A stretch of DNA of 62,545 nucleotides, filler included. It is 7 parts of 7 records of this genome, joined end to end, with 100 filler letters (N's around TTAATTAATTAA, not from the genome) between each part and the next. Parts side by side here need not be neighbours in the genome. Positions count along the whole stretch, not along the records: positions 57,493 to 62,545 come from SRR2962707_3272; 6 more parts are not named here. One strand, given 5' to 3'. Shown here piece after piece: positions 57,573-62,545 of this stretch. How positions within the stretch are numbered: position 1 is the first letter of the stretch; every line of letters starts with the position of its first letter. Under the pieces are notes generated by a model. The model ran no database searches and was not told where the DNA came from. It saw only the letters and a program-made list of their open reading frames with translations. The translations under genes and the position numbers were made by a program.

Positions 57573-60500
57573 ATGGCGACTTCTCACACGGAACCACTCG
57601 ATGTATCTGGGGACTTTGACGCTGCAACGCAGGCGCTCCTGTGCCGCTTCCTCAACGATAACTGGGACACTGCTGGTGTGCGGCAGCAGCCACTGCGTGG
57701 CACGGGATTTGGCCCTGTCGCAGTGTCTGCTCTGCAAACTTTTCTGAACTCGATGGTGACGCGGCTCCAGCCAACGCAGCAGCGGCGTCCAGTCCCTGTC
57801 GATGGGCAAGTGACACCTGCGACGATCAAAATGTTGCGGATGTTCCTCAACCACCATTGGGACATTGCAGGATTCCGCTCGGCGAAGCTACTGACGAAGG
57901 GGAGCATGCACCGCGGCTTCGAGTCCACCCACAATCGCGCGACAGTGAAGGCGCTGCAACACTTTCTCAACAACTCGTATTTTGCAGAGCACGCGCGCCG
58001 CGAGTCTTCCACATCCGATACTGGCATCGAGGATTCTGTCACTGACCGGCAAGCTCGGCAAGGGACAAGCGGGCCGGGTCTTGGAAGAACGAGGAGAGGC
58101 AGTTCGGGCCATGCCAAGACGAGCTCCAACTCTCATTCAGAACCACTGTCAATCTCGGGAACGAAACTCGCGCCGCATCAATCATCAGTCCCGTCAAAGC
58201 AGAGCGCTTCCGCTGTCGTGAGTCACAACAGCGACATGAGAAAAAGCCACAGCGAAGCTGGCAGCATCGCGAAGCATGCTCACAATCGGCCATTGGGGAT
58301 TAAAGCAACACCGATTTCCACGACCACTGACCGTGGTGCGAGCACCCAACCATCACCATCGCTCGTGGTGGAAGGAACGCAGCTTCCGCTGCGACACTCG
58401 CCCCTCACGCGCACTGAAGAGTCTGCGTGCACAGGGGACGGTGAGCGCGAAAGCCGATCGCGTAAGAGCAGCGCATCAAGTCGAATGGGCGATGCGAGAG
58501 CGACGGAGCTTCATAAGGGAAGTGCTGGGGCTGGAAGGAAAGGAAGCACTGCGAGTCAAGGGCTTGAAATTTTCCGCTCCACCATGGGGAGTGCGAGCGA
58601 TGAGGGGGTGCGCGCTAAACAGGCAAGTTTGTTTGCCAAGCCCGATAACTTGGACGAAACCGTGCCGTCTGTGGCAGATAGCGCAGAAGCGGAAGAATTG
58701 CCCAATCTCACAGCCTGCACCGGCGTGATGCACAAGCTACCGATGCACAATCTAGTCAACGTCGGGACGGGAAAAGACCGTGTTTTCAAGCTGGAAGCGG
58801 GAGTCCTGGAGTATTTCACGACCAGGACAGGTATTTATCTAGTATTGCTGCCCCCAGTGGGTCGTGCTTGTGGGACCTGTTTTTGTGTTCCCGATGTCAA
58901 TGCCATTCGTTTCAATAAGGTTGTGTTCAATCGCACGCGGTTGCCTTTCTTGCAGGAAAAAGGAAGGGGTCATTGACGCTCACAGCTGCGTGCACGCTAT
59001 TAGAACAAATTTCAGAGCATGGTGACCTTGTTGGTTTCCGTCTGCTTGTTCCTGACCAAGGGGTGCTTGTTGTGCAACGCTGCACGCATCAGCGAACACC
59101 CAAACAAAATGGAGCAGGAGGTGGACATGGACATGATGTATTTCAGATAGCGCCATCGGGTGGGCCATTGCCAGTTGCTTACGCAGCTCAGTATGAAGGG
59201 CAGGATGATGACCGGGTCGTGCGTATGTTTACGGCAGCGATCAAGAACTGCATTGCTCTGCTTCGTGATCCTCCAGAACTTGAGGTCTGTCGCTTCATAC
59301 ATTTTTGCGTACATTTGATGTGCCATCGTTGTGTCTTGTCAAATATACAAGAAATCAACGCCTTCGTAGCTGCCAGTGAATGTGTTCTGCGCGTTGCTTT
59401 GGTGCAGGGGTTGCTCCGTAAACTCCCGATGATCGGCAAAATGGGCACAGCTCACACACGGTATTTCACTCTCCATGGACCTATTTTGAGATACTACACC
59501 GGTTCACCAATGATGCGCGGAAGTCTACTGAAAGGATCGCTTCAGCTCACAGCTTCGTGCACTTTAGTTGAGCAGCATACTCTTGTAAGTCACCGTGCCA
59601 GAATATTGCCATGGCGAACGTAAACACCAGCACGTTGTGTTTGACATCGCTTTGGCTGTTGCCATATATGCCCCGCAAATATCTCTGGCGAACGTTCGCG
59701 GCAGGCCCGTCCAGGTTTCGTACTAGAAGTTCCTGGCCATGGCACATTGAAGGCTCAAGGCGACCGCAGCAGTGTCCAAAATTGGGTCACCGCATTGGAC
59801 CGTCGCCTGCGACGTGAGAGGATTGGCAGAGTCGACAGGTCTGCTACTTCAGATGGGTGGGAGCTGCCACCTACCCTTCCACACAAACCGAAGGGCTTGG
59901 CTCCTGATTGGGCAAGCGGCGACGCCCAAGATCAGTTTGAGGAGGAAGCTCTTGGACTCAGTCAAAGCAGCGATAGCGACAGCAGTGAAGTCGTATTTGC
60001 GAGGTCGCCCTCGCAAAAACGACCCCCTCCGCAGCGCCCAATTTCTGTTCAACAACGATCTCCATCCCCACCCACCGTTGCAATTGCTGCAACAAGTTCT
60101 GTTCGAACGAAGGCCAAAGCAGCGGCTGAGAGGAGGAAACGGAGCGTGTCAGGGCCACCGATAAGCAAAATTTTGGTGTCGGACACCAAAGAAACAACCC
60201 CAACAACAGAATCCCTCGAAGCACAACTTGCAGGAGACTTGAGGTCAGTATCACCTGTCGCGATCCATGCACGACGGCGCAAAAACAGCCGCAGCAGAAG
60301 CAACAGTCGGCCAATAGCGCGTGCAGATGTACCAGGCGATGACCACCATCGGCGCTCGCCGAGTACAGCAAGCGTTGATACAACGGGGAGTCTGTCGTCC
60401 ATCGAGCAGACCGACGAAGCCGAGCTTGTTGAACCCGAGGCAACGCGCAAAAAGTCGAAATCCACGATTCCGTCTTCGTCTTCGTCGACGACTGCACGTG

Positions 60501-61219
60501 CCGCGGCTACGGCAACAGGTCCCGCGAGCAGCCAACACGAAAGTTCAAGTTCAGAAAAAGCACCCGCAGAATTTCATGAATCTTTGTCAACAACCAAGGT
60601 TTCAGCCCGACCGCCCCGTGTTCCCGCTTCTGCAACGACGGCAGCCACCGACACCCCTCCTCTGCGCCCACAGCTGCGGACCACACATAACAGGAGAGAG
60701 CCACCACCTGCGACCTTTGCACCCGTAGATGGCCGCGAGACTGGGAGCGCCGAGGAGGCTGTTCGCCTTCCAGTGGCGGCATCCGAAGGCGAGTTCATCG
60801 AAGGAGCGTCAGCCATGAGCATGGACGCAGCTCTTGAATCGATAAGCACCCCGGAGAGGAAGAAAATCCCACATGTCCGTGCCTTCCAAATCACTTTCGT
60901 GTGTTGGAAGCACCACATTTCATTCGCCACCCTGTCTATTGTTGCCGTTTTGTAGTATTGATCCGAACGTCTGGTCGTTGCATCGCAGGACAAGTCACCT
61001 CGCCGCTCAAGTGCCTCAAAAGAAGTAGTCGCTGCCGCAAAGGCTGCCGCAACGCATGCTCACGCGGACGGGGGGATTGCAATTGACTTCACCGCACAGG
61101 TCGCAGCCATGATGAGCCAGATCAAGCAAGGTCCTACGCCTGAAGAGTGGATGGCTATGCAACTTGCCAAAGACAAGAAAGCTGCGGCTCTGTCTAAAAA
61201 GGACAGTGACGGATTGTGA
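57573..61219 (+). CDS. Multi-exon protein: four PGBD-like repeats, Ser-rich linker, two PH domains, disordered tail
   Basis: N-terminal repeats ..DG....T...LQ.FLN. PH starts GVMHKLP..RVFKLEAGVLEYF and GLLRKLP..RYFTLHGPILRYY, with terminal helix VQNWVTAL. Last exon 61100-61219. Confidence 0.68.
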
Positions 61220-61367
61220 GAACTACTACGATCGTTCAATCAAGTTGTAGCGAGCACACATTGACATAATAATTTAGCGGCACACTTCACACAAAGTGAG
61301 AAACAGCGCAATGAAGTAAAAAGCCGTTGTGGCCCACGCCTGCAGCAGCATCACCGATACAGCGATG

Positions 61368-62288
61368 TTAATGAGACTTCGCGCAACAGCACCAATAGTT
61401 CAACCGCCAACAGACCGGGGCAAAAAGTAGCCTTTGAAAGCGCGGCAAGAGACTAGCAACATTGACGTACAAGACTCGTGGAAAGGAAAGCAATCTCACA
61501 CCCATTGCCGTACGGATTGGCGGCATCCAGACCACCAGAAGCGTAAGGGTTATCGAAGCACGCACTGGCATCCCATATACGATAGTTTTCGCTGTAGGCC
61601 ACAGCAGAGCAGACGGCGGAAAAAATTCCAACCATATGCACAAACCAAGTGACGCCTGTGTCGGGGCAACAAAAGCACGGAAATGTCAGAAACGCGCTTG
61701 GCACACCCAACACAACAACAACACAAATCGTGGTTTCGGGAAGCAGGCGAACCAGGAGCAGCAACATGCTGAGCAGCCACAAGGCAATAACTGCGTTCTA
61801 CACCCACAACGCAGTGGGAGATGACAACGAACGCGAAAACAGCACGCACCACACATGACGTTCAAGCGGTTGCACTCGCAAAATCCATGTTCCCGCTTGC
61901 GAATCGGAGTCCAGGCATCCAGCAGCACACTGAGGAACAAAAAGATAATGCTGACCACGCTTGCGCTGTTGCCACGATCGAGATAGATGGTCGCCTCCGA
62001 ACAAGTCCCGTCACTTCCGGCAGGGTTTTCGTACGGTACGAGGAACTTGTCCCGGAGCACGAACTTGCAGTTGTACTTTGCGGCCGCGTTGGTCGTGTCG
62101 CCCACCATCGCACGGGCCACAATGAGTAGCACAGCTGCGATGAGCTCCACGGACGCCACGATTGAAAGCAGCTTCCAGCCACAGATGATGTAGTCGTCAG
62201 AGTGCTCCAGTATCCACGTGCTCTTGGCCACAAACGACTTCATTGGGTCGCTCTGACTGGCGCTCCTGTTGGGCTTGTGGTGGAGCAT
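61368..62288 (-). CDS. Hypothetical multi-pass membrane protein, probably spliced
   Basis: Hydrophobic segments in ORFs 61686-62333, 61453-61782 and 61368-61643. Boundaries uncertain. Confidence 0.45.
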
Positions 62289-62300
62289 CTTCGACTTCCA

Positions 62301-62353
62301 CGGACGGACGGACGGACGGACTGACTGCCTCACTCACTCACTCTCTCACTCAC
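62301..62353 (+). repeat. Compound tetranucleotide microsatellite (GGAC)n-(CTGA)n-(CACT)n
   Basis: Seen directly in sequence. Confidence 0.8.
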
Positions 62354-62545
62354 TGCAGGCACTCACTTGCAAGCCGTCTCGCCTTTTTTTTTTGTGGCTG
62401 ACAGTAAAAGCTGTGGAGGAAGGAACGACCTGCCGGAAGGCCAAGCTTCAAACACGCACAGGCAACAGTTTAACAGGTCTATTGCCACGTCGTCCCACAG
62501 CCTCGACCTGCTTAAACAGGCACAGACACAGGCACAGGCACAGGC

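Overview
The window is not one locus. It is seven unrelated contigs joined by 100-nt artificial spacers (44 N + TTAATTAATTAA + 44 N), and it starts with an Illumina adapter remnant. Contig 2 (7735-27746) is bacterial, with Rhodobacteraceae-like gene content. In order it carries a tRNA 3' fragment, a TPP riboswitch, thiD-O-S-G-E-F-Y-tenA-Z-X (no thiC in the operon), bluE-cbiB-cobC, and a TRAP transporter. On the opposite strand it has an HWE kinase/receiver pair, a CopG-like regulator + PHB-depolymerase-family esterase + C45 Ntn-hydrolase operon with a candidate operator, and a truncated metG. The other six contigs are gene-dense eukaryotic DNA with ~100-nt GT-AG introns (a protist; stramenopile affinity is only a guess). 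They encode an FSH1/OVCA2 hydrolase, a signal-anchored JmjC protein, METTL5, a CANT1-type apyrase, a beta-carbonic anhydrase, a ~1675-aa unknown, an intron-rich MetRS, a plant-type deoxynucleoside kinase, a GPS/polycystin-1-like receptor lacking PLAT and channel modules, LTA4H/M1 aminopeptidase, a Clu-domain protein, and a PGBD-like-repeat + double-PH protein. The best candidates for an undescribed system are the bacterial CopG-esterase-C45 unit and the two unusual protist architectures (PGBD-like+PH, channel-less polycystin). All calls come from motif recognition by eye; no database searches were run.
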